DNA of 64,000 bases, taken from Alphaproteobacteria bacterium. Its GTDB lineage: Bacteria; Pseudomonadota; Alphaproteobacteria; Bin95. Under the pieces are notes generated by a model. It searched no databases. It saw only the letters and a list, made by a program, of their open reading frames with translations, and had not been told where the DNA came from. The stretch covers positions 1,632,001-1,696,000 of the forward strand of contig OZ219787.1 in assembly GCA_964291285.2 (NCBI GenBank). Direction: 5' to 3'. Positions 9,226 through 20,806 of this stretch are shown one piece after another. Within the stretch, counting starts at the first letter, position 1. Every line of letters begins with the position of its first letter. The position numbers were made by a program, and so were the translations under genes.

Positions 9226-10287
9226 TCAGGCGGCGGCAGCCTCCATCGCGTCGAGCGGGGCTGTCGGCCGCACATTTGCGGGAAGCCGGAGGCCGAGCGG
9301 GCGGCCGGTGGCCGGGTCGCGGCCATGGCGGCTGAAGAACGGCTCCGGCACGGCGCGCCCGTCCGGCACGGCGAGCCAGATCCGGTAGAGGTGGCGCTTC
9401 CGGCCGGGCAGTTCCTCATAGGCCGTGCGCGTGTGCAGGACCGCGAGATTGTCGATCCACTGGATGTCGCCCGGCTGGAAGTCCATGTCGAGGCGGAGGT
9501 CCGTATCGGCGGCGGTCAGCTCCAGGAAGTCGAGCGCCTCGATTTGCTCGGGCGTCAGGTCGGGTGCGCCGTCGTGCCGCGTGCAGGAGTCGATGAAGCG
9601 CCGCACGAGGTTGACCGTCATGCGCCCGTCGGCCGCCCGCATGAAGACCGGCATCTCGTACCAGGGAAGCTGGCCTTCGACCTCTTCGCCCCGCCGGTCG
9701 ATCAGGAAGGGCTCGGCCAGCACCTTCGCAAGGTCCGGCCGGCGTTCGAGGATGCGGTTCCAGACGGCGCCCGCGCTGACGATGCTGGAGAGGCCGCCCG
9801 TCCGCGCCGGGACGAGGCAGAACAGGCCGACGATCTCCGCGCCGATATCGGTGTGGAAGGGCAGTTCGGCCGAGGACTGGTAGCCGCGCTTGTCGGGCGC
9901 CCAGGCGTCGATGCCGAGGTCCTTCACATGGCCGAGCAGGTGCCCGAGCGGGTTCTGGCAGACGGGCATGCCGATGCGCGACCCGATGGCCCAGAAGGCG
10001 CGCGCGGCGACCTCGCGCGGCCACTCGTCCACCGGCAGGCCGCGCATCAGGGCGAAGCCGCAGCCCTCGACGACGGCGTCGCGCATGTCCCTGAGGCGCG
10101 CATCGAGGCGGGGCAGGGGCAGGTCGTCCCGGGTAAGCGCGGTCAGCTCGCGGTCGAGGGCCGCTCTTGCCACCGTTTCCAGTTCGGCGGTCTCGGCGGC
10201 GTCGAGCGTCACGATCCAGTCGTCCCGCTGCATGAGGTCGCCGCCGTGCCAGACGGACGGGCCGGCGATGGGTTCGAGCGCCGTCAT
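9226..10287 (-). CDS. TauD/TfdA-family Fe(II)/2-oxoglutarate dioxygenase
   Basis: LPFHTD...GLFCL, FQPGDIQWIDNLAVLHTRTAY, RHLYRIWL. Confidence 0.88.
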   Translation of the reverse strand: MTALEPIAGPSVWHGGDLMQRDDWIVTLDAAETAELETVARAALDRELTALTRDDLPLPRLDARLRDMRDAVVEGCGFALMRGLPVDEWPREVAARAFWAIGSRIGMPVCQNPLGHLLGHVKDLGIDAWAPDKRGYQSSAELPFHTDIGAEIVGLFCLVPARTGGLSSIVSAGAVWNRILERRPDLAKVLAEPFLIDRRGEEVEGQLPWYEMPVFMRAADGRMTVNLVRRFIDSCTRHDGAPDLTPEQIEALDFLELTAADTDLRLDMDFQPGDIQWIDNLAVLHTRTAYEELPGRKRHLYRIWLAVPDGRAVPEPFFSRHGRDPATGRPLGLRLPANVRPTAPLDAMEAAAA

Positions 10288-10302
10288 GGGCCTTCCTCCC
10301 GC

Positions 10303-11574
10303 TTATGCGCCGGTTTGCGCGATGTCCCGGCGGCAGAATGCGCCCGGCCAATCTATCGCATCGACGCCGCGATAGGCCAGCGCGCGCGCCTCGCCGCGGG
10401 TCGCCCCGGCCGCGCACACGCCCAGCACCCGGCCGCCGGTTGCGAGCACGCGGCCCCCTTCGCCCGCCGCCGTGCCGGCATGGAAGACGGTGACGCCGTC
10501 CGGCACCCGGTCGAGGCCCGCGATTGCGCCGCCCCGCCGATACGGCCCCGGATAGCCCCCGTTCGCCATGACCACGCAAACCGACGCCTCGTCCGACCAG
10601 CGGAGATCGACATGGGAGAGGTCGCCCTCGGCCGCCGCGACCAGCGCCGGCAGCAGGTCCGAGCGCAGCCGCAGCATCAGCGCCTGCGTCTCCGGGTCGC
10701 CGAAGCGCACATTGAACTCCAGCAGCTTCGGGTCGCCGCCCTCGATCATCAGCCCGGCGAACAGCACGCCGCGATAGGGCATGCCGTCGGCCGCCATCCG
10801 CCGGACGGCCGGCAGGAAGATTTCGTTCTCGATCCTGGCCGCCAGCTCCGGCGTGACCGGGGGCGCGGGCGAGTGGCTGCCCATGCCGCCGGTATTGGGG
10901 CCGGTGTCGCCCTCGCCGGCGCGCTTGTAGTCCTGGGCCGTCTCCAGCATCAGCACGCGCTCGCCGTCCGCCAGCGCGAAGGCGCTCACCTCCTCGCCCG
11001 CAAGGCAGTCCTCGATCACGACCCTGGCGCCTGCCTCTCCGAAAGCGCGCTCGACCATGGCGGCGCTCACGGCGGCTTCGGCCTCCCCGACCGTGGCGGC
11101 GACGGTGACGCCCTTGCCGGCGGCGAGGCCGTCCGCCTTCACCACGACCGGCGCGCCGCTCTCCCGGATATGGGCAATGGCAGCTCCGGCATCGTCGAAC
11201 ACGGCGAAGCCGGCGGTCGGGATGCCGGCGCGGCGGGCGAGGTCCTTCATAAAGGCCTTGGAGCTTTCCAGCCGCGCCGCCGCCCTGTCCGGCCCGAACA
11301 CCGCGATGCCGTCCTGCCGGAGGCGGTCCGCCAGCCCGGCCGCCAGCGGCGCTTCCGGCCCGACGACGACGAGGTCCATGCGTTCCTCCCGTGCAAGCGC
11401 CGCCAGGCCCTCGACATCCTCGGCGGCGACCGCCGCGCAGTCCGCCTCGGCCGCGATGCCGGGATTGCCCGGCGCGCACCAGAGCCGCTCCACCAGCGGC
11501 GAGGCCGCAATCGTCCAGGCGAGCGCATGTTCGCGCCCGCCGCCGCCCACCACCAGAACCCGCATGGCCTTCAC
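10303..11574 (-). CDS. purD: Phosphoribosylamine-glycine ligase
   Basis: VVGGGGREHAL, APGNPG, KADGLAAGKGV, GPNTGGMG, EFNVRFGDPE; start may be 11565. Confidence 0.97.
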   Translation of the reverse strand: MKAMRVLVVGGGGREHALAWTIAASPLVERLWCAPGNPGIAAEADCAAVAAEDVEGLAALAREERMDLVVVGPEAPLAAGLADRLRQDGIAVFGPDRAAARLESSKAFMKDLARRAGIPTAGFAVFDDAGAAIAHIRESGAPVVVKADGLAAGKGVTVAATVGEAEAAVSAAMVERAFGEAGARVVIEDCLAGEEVSAFALADGERVLMLETAQDYKRAGEGDTGPNTGGMGSHSPAPPVTPELAARIENEIFLPAVRRMAADGMPYRGVLFAGLMIEGGDPKLLEFNVRFGDPETQALMLRLRSDLLPALVAAAEGDLSHVDLRWSDEASVCVVMANGGYPGPYRRGGAIAGLDRVPDGVTVFHAGTAAGEGGRVLATGGRVLGVCAAGATRGEARALAYRGVDAIDWPGAFCRRDIAQTGA

Positions 11575-11606
11575 GCCCTCCCGATTCGCGTGTATCTCCG
11601 GCAGCC

Positions 11607-13058
11607 ATGACGCAAGCGCCGCCGCTCTCCAACATACCGGAATACAGTGTCGGCGAGGTCTCGGCAGCCGTTCGCCGCAACCTGGAGGCCGAATTTCCGC
11701 GCGTCCGCGTGCGCGGCGAGGTCTCGGGCTTCAAGCGCGCCGCCTCCGGCCACCTCTATTTCAACCTGAAGGACGACCGCGACGTGTTGAACGCCGTGTG
11801 CTGGCGCGGCGCGGCGGGGCGGCTCGGCCTCCGCCCGGAAGACGGCATGGAGGTGGTCGCGACGGGCCGGGTGACGGCCTACGGCGCGCGCTCCGCCTAC
11901 CAGCTCGTCGTGGACGCGCTCGACCTCGCCGGCGAAGGCGCGCTGCTGAAGCTGCTGGAGGATCGCCGGCGGCGGCTTGCCGAAGAGGGGCTGTTCGACG
12001 CGGACCGCAAGCGGCCGATCCCGTTCCTGCCGGAGCGCGTCGGCATCGTCACCTCGCTCGGCGGGGCGGTGCTGCACGACATCCTCCACCGGCTGCGCGA
12101 ACGCTTCCCGCGCCATGTGCTGGTCTGGCCCGCGCCGGTGCAGGGCGAGGGCGCGGCGGAACGGATCGCCGAAGCCATCGACGGCATGGGGGCATTGCCG
12201 CCGGAAATGCGCCCCGACGTGCTGATCGTGGCGCGCGGCGGCGGCTCGCTGGAGGACCTGTGGGCGTTCAACGAGGAAGCGGTGGTGCGCGCGGCGGCCC
12301 GCTCCGCCATCCCGCTGGTCTCGGCGGTCGGCCATGAGACCGACACGACGCTGATCGACTTCGCGTCCGACCTGCGCGCGCCCACGCCGACGGCCGCGGC
12401 CGAACTGGCGGTGCCGGTGCGCGCCGAACTGCTCGCCGGAACGGCCGGGCAGGGCGAACGGCTGCTGGCGGCGGGCGCGCGCCTCGTGCAGGACCGCCGC
12501 GCGCAGGTCGCCGGCCTCGCGCGCGGCCTGCCGGCGCCGACGGCGCTGCTGGAGCAGGCAGGCCAGCGGCTGGACGACAGGGGCGAGCGCATGGAGGCGG
12601 GGTTGCGCGCCCGCGCGGCCCTGGCGGCCGCCGGGCTGGCGGAACTCTCGGCGCGGTTCGGCCGGCCGCGCGCGCTGCTGGAAAAGCAGGAGGAGCGGCT
12701 GGCGGCATCGGGCGCGGCCTTGCTGCGAACCGGACGCCAGGCGGTGGAGGCGCAGGCGCACCGGCTGGACCGCACGAATGCGGGCCGCCGCCTGCCCGCG
12801 GCGTGGGCGCGCATCGCGGAGAACGCGGCCGCCGGCCTCAACCGGGCCGGCGCGCTGCTCGAAAGCTCCTCCTACCGCCGCGTGCTCGAACGCGGCTTCG
12901 CGCTCGTCCGGGACGAACGGGGTCCGGTCGTGTCGGCGGCGGAGGCGCGGCGGCGGGCGCGCGTCGAGATCGTGTTCGCGGACGGCAAGGCGGCGGCCCA
13001 CATCGTCGGGGACGGCGCGGGCCGCGCGCGCAAGCCGGACCAGGGCACGCTCTTCTGA
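11607..13058 (+). CDS. xseA: Exodeoxyribonuclease VII large subunit
   Basis: SGHLYFNLKD, ARGGGSLEDLWAFNEE, SAVGHETD, RAPTPTAAAE. Confidence 0.96.
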   Translation: MTQAPPLSNIPEYSVGEVSAAVRRNLEAEFPRVRVRGEVSGFKRAASGHLYFNLKDDRDVLNAVCWRGAAGRLGLRPEDGMEVVATGRVTAYGARSAYQLVVDALDLAGEGALLKLLEDRRRRLAEEGLFDADRKRPIPFLPERVGIVTSLGGAVLHDILHRLRERFPRHVLVWPAPVQGEGAAERIAEAIDGMGALPPEMRPDVLIVARGGGSLEDLWAFNEEAVVRAAARSAIPLVSAVGHETDTTLIDFASDLRAPTPTAAAELAVPVRAELLAGTAGQGERLLAAGARLVQDRRAQVAGLARGLPAPTALLEQAGQRLDDRGERMEAGLRARAALAAAGLAELSARFGRPRALLEKQEERLAASGAALLRTGRQAVEAQAHRLDRTNAGRRLPAAWARIAENAAAGLNRAGALLESSSYRRVLERGFALVRDERGPVVSAAEARRRARVEIVFADGKAAAHIVGDGAGRARKPDQGTLF

Positions 13059-13067
13059 ACCGCCGCG

Positions 13068-13694
13068 TCAGGTCAACGGAATGCCGCCTACATGCTCGGC
13101 GAAGGCCGGACGGTCCCGGAGCCGGGCAAGCCAGGCGTCGCAATTAGGCAGGCTGGCGCGCTCGATGCCGGGCAGGCGGGTATAACGGTTGTAGAAGGCG
13201 CCCACGGGAATGTCGCCCATGGTGAAGCGGCCGCCGGCAACGAAGGCGCGCCCGTCCAGATGAGCGTCCAGAATGCCCCAGACCGATTGCAGCGCGGTGG
13301 CTGCGCGGCCGATCGCATCCATGTCGCGGTCGGCTTCCGGCGTCCGGACCATGCCCCAGAAAACGGGCGTCATGTGCGGCTGGAGGGACGCGGTCGCCCA
13401 GTCCATCCAGCGGTCGGCCAGCGTCCGTTCCGCCGGGTCCCCGGGCCAGAGCCCGCCGGGGTCGTGGACCGCGCCCAGATAGCGGACGATGGTATGGCTT
13501 TCCCAGATGACCGTGCCGCCGTCGACCAGCACCGGCACCAGCCCGTTCGGGTTCATGGCGCGGTATTCGGGCGTGTCGTTGCCGCCGAACGGCCCGCCGA
13601 CATCGAGCCGCTCGCAGGCAACGCCGACCTCGCCGACCGCCCACATCGCCTTCTGCACATTGATCGAGTTGTTGCGTCCGTGAATCACGATCAT
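13068..13694 (-). CDS. Glutathione S-transferase (GstB-like)
   Basis: GRNNSINVQK, MNPNGLVPVL, WESHTIVRYL, FTMGDI. Confidence 0.92.
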   Translation of the reverse strand: MIVIHGRNNSINVQKAMWAVGEVGVACERLDVGGPFGGNDTPEYRAMNPNGLVPVLVDGGTVIWESHTIVRYLGAVHDPGGLWPGDPAERTLADRWMDWATASLQPHMTPVFWGMVRTPEADRDMDAIGRAATALQSVWGILDAHLDGRAFVAGGRFTMGDIPVGAFYNRYTRLPGIERASLPNCDAWLARLRDRPAFAEHVGGIPLT

Positions 13695-13699
13695 GGCGG

Positions 13700-14353
13700 C
13701 TATTCCCCTTCGTTGGAGGCGGTGTCCAGCGCGTCCCAGCGCTCGCCCCAGCGGTCGAGATAGACGATTTCCTCGAGCGGCCCCCGCCCGACCGGGCCGA
13801 AATTCCCCATCGGCCAGCCGATCGGCAGGATGGCATAGGAATGCACCCCCGGCGGCAGGCCGAGCGCGCGTTCGCTCTCCTCCTCGAAGAAGAGGTGGCG
13901 GGTGGTCAGCGTCGAGCCGAGGCCGAGCCCGCGCGCCGCCAGCAGCATGTTCTGCACGGCCGGGTAGATCGAGGCGCCCGACATGCGGGTCGGCGCCTCG
14001 CCTTCCTCCAGGCAGGCGACGATCCAGACCGGAGCCTCGTCGAAATGCTCGGTCAGATATTCCACCGCGTCATGCTGGCGGTGGTATTTCTCCGCCGAAC
14101 TGCCGGGCGGCGGCGCGCTTGTCTTGTAACGCGGCCCGATGATCTCGTCGAAGGCGCGCTTGTAATGCACCTTGACCGCCTTCTTGATCTCGCGGTCCTT
14201 GATGACCAGGAACCGCCAGCGCTGGAAGTTGCCGCCATTGGCGGCCGAAGCGCCGGCCTCCAGGATCTTGCGGATCAGCTCGTCCGGCACCGGGTCCGGC
14301 TTCAGCCGGCGCATGGCACGGGTGCCGTGCAGGATTTCGAAGAGTTCGGGCAT
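13700..14353 (-). CDS. Nitroreductase family protein
   Basis: TRAMRRLKPDPVPDE, ANGGNFQRWRFLV, AVQNMLLAARGLGLGS, IGWP. Confidence 0.9.
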   Translation of the reverse strand: MPELFEILHGTRAMRRLKPDPVPDELIRKILEAGASAANGGNFQRWRFLVIKDREIKKAVKVHYKRAFDEIIGPRYKTSAPPPGSSAEKYHRQHDAVEYLTEHFDEAPVWIVACLEEGEAPTRMSGASIYPAVQNMLLAARGLGLGSTLTTRHLFFEEESERALGLPPGVHSYAILPIGWPMGNFGPVGRGPLEEIVYLDRWGERWDALDTASNEGE

Positions 14354-14451
14354 GGCGTTGCGGGGTCTCCGTCCGTGTTTCGGGATGCGGCGGGTGCGGA
14401 AGGGTTATGGATAGAGGCTTTCGGCTGCGGACGGAAGCAGATGGCTGCCTT

Positions 14452-15491
14452 TCAGGAAGCGCCGGCGATGGCCGCGTGCGGCGGTACGCAGTCGTCCCCG
14501 ACCAGGTGGCAGGAGACCAGATGCCCCGCGCGCACCTCGCGCAAGGCCGGCTTTTCGCGGTGGCACCGGTCCACGGCGAAGGGGCAGCGCGGCGCAAAGC
14601 GGCAGCCGGGCGGCGGGTCGATGGGATTGGGCGGGTCTCCCTGGAGGCGGACCCTGCCGTCCTGCCCGCTCGTGCGGCGCCTCGCGGAAGGCACGGCCGA
14701 GATCAACGCCCACGTATAGGGATGCAGCGGCAGGGTGAACAGCGAGATGCGGTCCGCCTGCTCGACGATCTCGCCGAGATACATCACCGCAATGTCGTCG
14801 CAGATATATTGCACCACGCCGAGATCGTGGGAGATGAACAGGTAGGTGAGGCCGAACCCCTCCTGCAATTCGCGGAGCAGATTCAGGATCTGTGCCTGGA
14901 TCGCCACATCGAGGGCGGAGACGGGCTCGTCGCAGACGATCAGGTCCGGTTGCGTCGCCAGCGCCCTCGCGACGCCGATCCGCTGGCGCTGGCCGCCCGA
15001 GAACTGGTGCGGGAAGAGCGCAGCCTGTTCGGGCCTGAGGCCGACACGGTCGAAGAGCTCGGCGACGCGGAGGTCCCGTTCGGCGGGGTCGCCGACATCC
15101 ATGAGCTCCATCGGCTCCCGTACGATGGCGCCGGCGCGCATGCGCGGATTGAGCGACGAGTAGGGGTCCTGGAACACGATCTGGATCTTGCGGCGCATCT
15201 CGCGCAGCGCATTGCCTCCCAGCGTTGTCATCTCAACGCCGTCCAGCCGGATCGACCCGCCGGTGACGGGCACCAGGCGCATGGCGGCGAGCGCGGCGGT
15301 CGTCTTGCCCGATCCGCTTTCGCCGACGATTCCGAAGGTCGAGCCCCGGCGCACTTGGTAGCTGATGCCGTCCACGGCATGAACCGTGCCGCCGGGGGTC
15401 AGGACATTGCGGCGGGGCAGGCGGAAATGGACCTTGAGGTCGCGGACGTCCAGCAGGTAGTCGGCGCCGCTGCCCTGTGTCTCCCCGCCCG

Positions 15492-15495
<4 letters not shown>
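14452..15495 (-). CDS. Peptide/nickel ABC transporter ATP-binding subunit (OppF-like)
   Basis: GESGSGKT, FSGGQRQR, CDEPVSALD, HPYT, GCRFAPRC. Confidence 0.94.
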
Positions 15496-16493
<998 letters not shown>

Positions 16494-16496
16494 GGT

Positions 16497-17386
16497 TCAG
16501 CGCTCCCTGAGGCGGGGGTTGAAGGCGTCGTTCAACCCGTCCCCGATCAGGCTCACCGCCAGCACGGTCAGGAAGATCGCGACACCCGGAATGGTGACGG
16601 TCCAGGGGGCGTCCAGCAGGTAGTCGCGGTTGTCGCCGATGATCTTGCCCCAGCTCATCACATTGGGGTCGCTGAGTCCGAGGAAGCTGAGCGCCGCCTC
16701 GAACAGGATCGCGATGCCCACGGTGAGCGCGGCATTGACGATCAGCGGCGGCAGCGCATTGGGCAGGATCACGCGCCAGATGATGCGCCGGTCGCGCGAC
16801 CCGATGGACCGCGCGGCCTTCACGAATTCGAGCTCGCGAATGCGCATGAACTCGGCCCGCGCAAGACGGGCGACACCCGTCCAGGTCACGACGCCGATGG
16901 CGATGGCGACGGTCGGGAGCGTCGGCTCGAAGAGCGCCACCAGCACCATGGCCAGCAACAGCGGCGGCAGCACCTGGAAAAACTCGGTGATCCGCATCAG
17001 CACCTCGTCGACCCAGCCGCGGTAGTAGCCGGCGAGCGAGCCTATGGTGAGGCCGATGACGATGGTGAGCCCTGCCGCCGAGCCGCCTACCACAAGGGTA
17101 GCGCGCGCGCCGTAAACGATGGCCGTGAACATGTCGCGGCCGAGATTGTCGGTGCCGAGGAAGTAGCCGTCCTGCCCCGGCGGGGTGAAGGGCATCCACA
17201 CCATATCGAACGGGTCCACAGCCAGGATCACGGGCGCGAAGAGCGCCGCGAACACGATTGCCGCGAACACGATGAATCCGGCGACAGCCGCCCAGTTGCG
17301 CACATACATGCGCAGGAACTCGACGACCGGACGCTCGACGCGGACGGCTTCGGAGCCGCTTTCCGGCGCCGTTGTCGGGCGGTCCG

Positions 17387-17390
<4 letters not shown>
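16497..17390 (-). CDS. Peptide/nickel ABC transporter permease (OppC/DppC-like)
   Basis: LGTDNLGRD, EFVKAARSIG, ILPN, EAALSFLGL. Confidence 0.93.
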
Positions 17391-18325
<935 letters not shown>

Positions 18326-18445
18326 AGCAGCGTAGAAGAGTCGCTGGGCTATGACGGTCAGGAATGCGATGACGCGGCCATCCTCGTCCTGAGGTCCCCG
18401 GCGCCGGGGCGGCTTCGGGTTACGCCGCCCCGGCGTCCGGCCGGG

Positions 18446-20023
18446 CTACCTGATATAGACCTCGTCCCACGGCGAGCAGACGCCCCAGATGGAATCCACC
18501 GGCGGGTTGCCGATGCGCTCGTGGTTGAAGACCGTGTGGTAGGGCGAGGTGTGCAGATAGGCGATGGGCGCCTCATCGACGACCAGCTTCTGCATCTCCC
18601 CGTAGAGCGCCGCGCGCTTGCCGCGGTCCAGCTCCTTGCCCGCCTTGTCCATGACCGCATCGACCTCGGCGTTCTGGAACTGCTGGGTGTTGTGCCACGG
18701 CACGCCCGGGCGGATGTTCGTGGACTGGTAGGTGCGGTGCACGCCGATCACCGGGTCGCCCCAGTTGAAGACCGAGTCCATCGTCATGTCGAACTCGTGG
18801 TTGGAGACGGTCTTGATCCAGGCCCGGAAGTCCGCCGAGGCCTTGATGGTCACGTCGATGCCGACCTTCTTGAGCTGCGCCTTGACGAACTCGGTCTTGC
18901 GCTTCCAGGTGCCGCCGGCGGGGATGTAGTCGAGCGTGGTGCGGATGCGGATGCCGTCACCGTCCGGCGTATAGCCGGCCTCGTCCAGCAGCGCCTTCGC
19001 CTTCTCGACGTCGTAGTCGTAGGGGTTCACATCCTTCGGCGCGAACACGCTGCCCGGATGGATCGGGCCGAGCGAGCGCTGCGCATAGCCGCCGTAGAGC
19101 ACCTTGAGGATGAACTCCTTGTCGATGGCGTAGGCGATGGCTTGGCGCACGCGCTTGTCGTCGAAGGGCTTGCGCTTGGTATTGAAGGCCAGCCACTCCA
19201 ACGGGCCGATGGCCGAGTAGCCGTCCGGCGTCAGCGTCAGGTGTTCGTTCTTCTTCAGGCGGTCGAGGACCGGTGCGTCGGACTCGAAGGCGGTCAGGTC
19301 CACATCGCCCTTCTCCAGCGCGATCACGCGGCTCGTGTTCTCGGCGATCTTCTTGTAGACGATCCGGTCGATATAGGGCTTGCCCTCGAGGAAGTAGTCC
19401 TCGTTGCGCTCCAGAATGATGTATTCGCCGGGCTTGAACTCCTTCAGCTTGAAGGGGCCGGAGCCGACGATGTCCTGGCTGTTCTGCGGATGCTGGCGGA
19501 TATTGTCGGTATTGCCATAGACATGCTTCGGAATGACCACGCCGAGCTGCGAGGAGAACGCCAGCAGGATCGCCGGGTGCGGGTTGCTCAGATTGAACAC
19601 CGCGGTCTGCGGATCCGGCGTATCGATGGATTTCACCGGCGCATACATGGGCTTGAACGGGTGGTGTTGCTGGTAGGTCTCGATGGAGAACTTCACATCC
19701 TCCGAGGTGATCGGCTTGCCGTCATGGAAGCGCGCGTTGTCCCGCAGCTTGACAGTCACCGTCAGGCCGTCGTCGGAAATGTCCCAGCTTTCCGCCAGAT
19801 AGGGCTTCGGGTTCCACTCGTCGTCGAACCGGAGCAGCGCCGCGAAGAGCTGCGTTCCGGGGATGCCGGTGGGCGTGCCCGATGCGATCGTCGGGTTGAA
19901 GTGCCCGGCGATGATCCGGTACGAGAATGTAAGCGTGCCGCCCCGCTTGGGCTCCTCCGCCGAGACTGCCGCCGCGGCCAGCACGGCCGCTGCGGCACTC
20001 AGCGCAACCAAGAATTTCTTCAT
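18446..20023 (-). CDS. ABC transporter substrate-binding protein, family 5
   Basis: Signal peptide MKKFLVALSAAAAVLAAAAVSA, LAESW, FHDGKPITSEDVKFS, GSGPFK, VRQAIAYAID. Confidence 0.93.
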   Translation of the reverse strand: MKKFLVALSAAAAVLAAAAVSAEEPKRGGTLTFSYRIIAGHFNPTIASGTPTGIPGTQLFAALLRFDDEWNPKPYLAESWDISDDGLTVTVKLRDNARFHDGKPITSEDVKFSIETYQQHHPFKPMYAPVKSIDTPDPQTAVFNLSNPHPAILLAFSSQLGVVIPKHVYGNTDNIRQHPQNSQDIVGSGPFKLKEFKPGEYIILERNEDYFLEGKPYIDRIVYKKIAENTSRVIALEKGDVDLTAFESDAPVLDRLKKNEHLTLTPDGYSAIGPLEWLAFNTKRKPFDDKRVRQAIAYAIDKEFILKVLYGGYAQRSLGPIHPGSVFAPKDVNPYDYDVEKAKALLDEAGYTPDGDGIRIRTTLDYIPAGGTWKRKTEFVKAQLKKVGIDVTIKASADFRAWIKTVSNHEFDMTMDSVFNWGDPVIGVHRTYQSTNIRPGVPWHNTQQFQNAEVDAVMDKAGKELDRGKRAALYGEMQKLVVDEAPIAYLHTSPYHTVFNHERIGNPPVDSIWGVCSPWDEVYIR

Positions 20024-20189
20024 GCCTGTTTCCTCCCGATGGGTTCCCGGTCCCGTCCCGAACTCCGGAGTTGCCATGAGGCACAAACAGCCCCGGAACC
20101 GCCGGCATCCTCGAAGGTCGCGGATTTGTTGTCAACGGCGCGGGCTGGCGGCATCGGTCCTGCTGCCGGAGCGGAGGGACCGTCGCGAG

Positions 20190-20712
20190 ATGTCATGGGA
20201 TGTCATGTTTTGCTGCGAGCGCTGACAGGGTGCTGCGCGAAGTGTCATGGAATGTCATGCGATGTCATGATCTGCATGCGGCTGGTGCATACCGGATGGC
20301 CCGTTCGGGCATAGTGCCGTCCGTTCCGCCGGCGGGAGCTCCGGATATTCCGTCCGGTTTTTTCGAAGTAGCGTTTCCGGCATGGTTCCTTCCTTTCGAT
20401 CCATCTTCGTTCCGTTCTCCCCGCCGCCGTCCCGCCGGAGCAGCGGACCCTGATTCGCGCGTAACGTGCGCCTCCGCGCCCGCGCCCGCCGGCGCGCGCT
20501 GCGCGGCGGCGCGGTTCGTGCGCCTGATTGCGCGCGCGAGGCCGCAGACGCACTTCTCCCGTCAGCTTCTCAGGGGTTTTTTTCGCGCCGGCGCGAACCG
20601 GGAAGGGGCGGCTCCGCGCGGACGCCGCCTCCTTGTCTCCGGTCTCATATAGGCAGGAGATTCCTGGAAAGCAAGGGTATTTTAAGAATTATTTCTGTTT
20701 TTCCGAACAAAC
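20190..20712 (-). repeat. Dispersed intergenic element, copy 2
   Basis: Minus strand CTCGCGCGCGCAATCAGGCGCACGAACCGCGCCG (~20508-20540); five TGTCATG boxes at 20191, 20201, 20243, 20253, 20263; SD + 42-aa ORF 20383-20255; ends approximate. Confidence 0.85.
20646..20674 (-). promoter_or_regulatory. Putative sigma70 promoter of element copy 2
   Basis: CTTGCTT-N17-TATATG, like the alphaproteobacterial CTTG...CTATAT consensus; same position relative to leader as in copies 1 and 3. Confidence 0.5.
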
Positions 20713-20806
20713 AGCAAGTCGTACGACTGCTCGTCTGTCGTATCTCCCGCATGTTGGGGCGGCGGGGGAGAGGCCTTCTTCGCCTGTCAACGCCCCGCCG
20801 GGTGCC

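Noticed and set aside
20190-20712. Element as a riboswitch controlling the downstream ABC operon
   Set aside because: No recognisable riboswitch motif; copy 3 points against its neighbour and the copies precede unrelated genes
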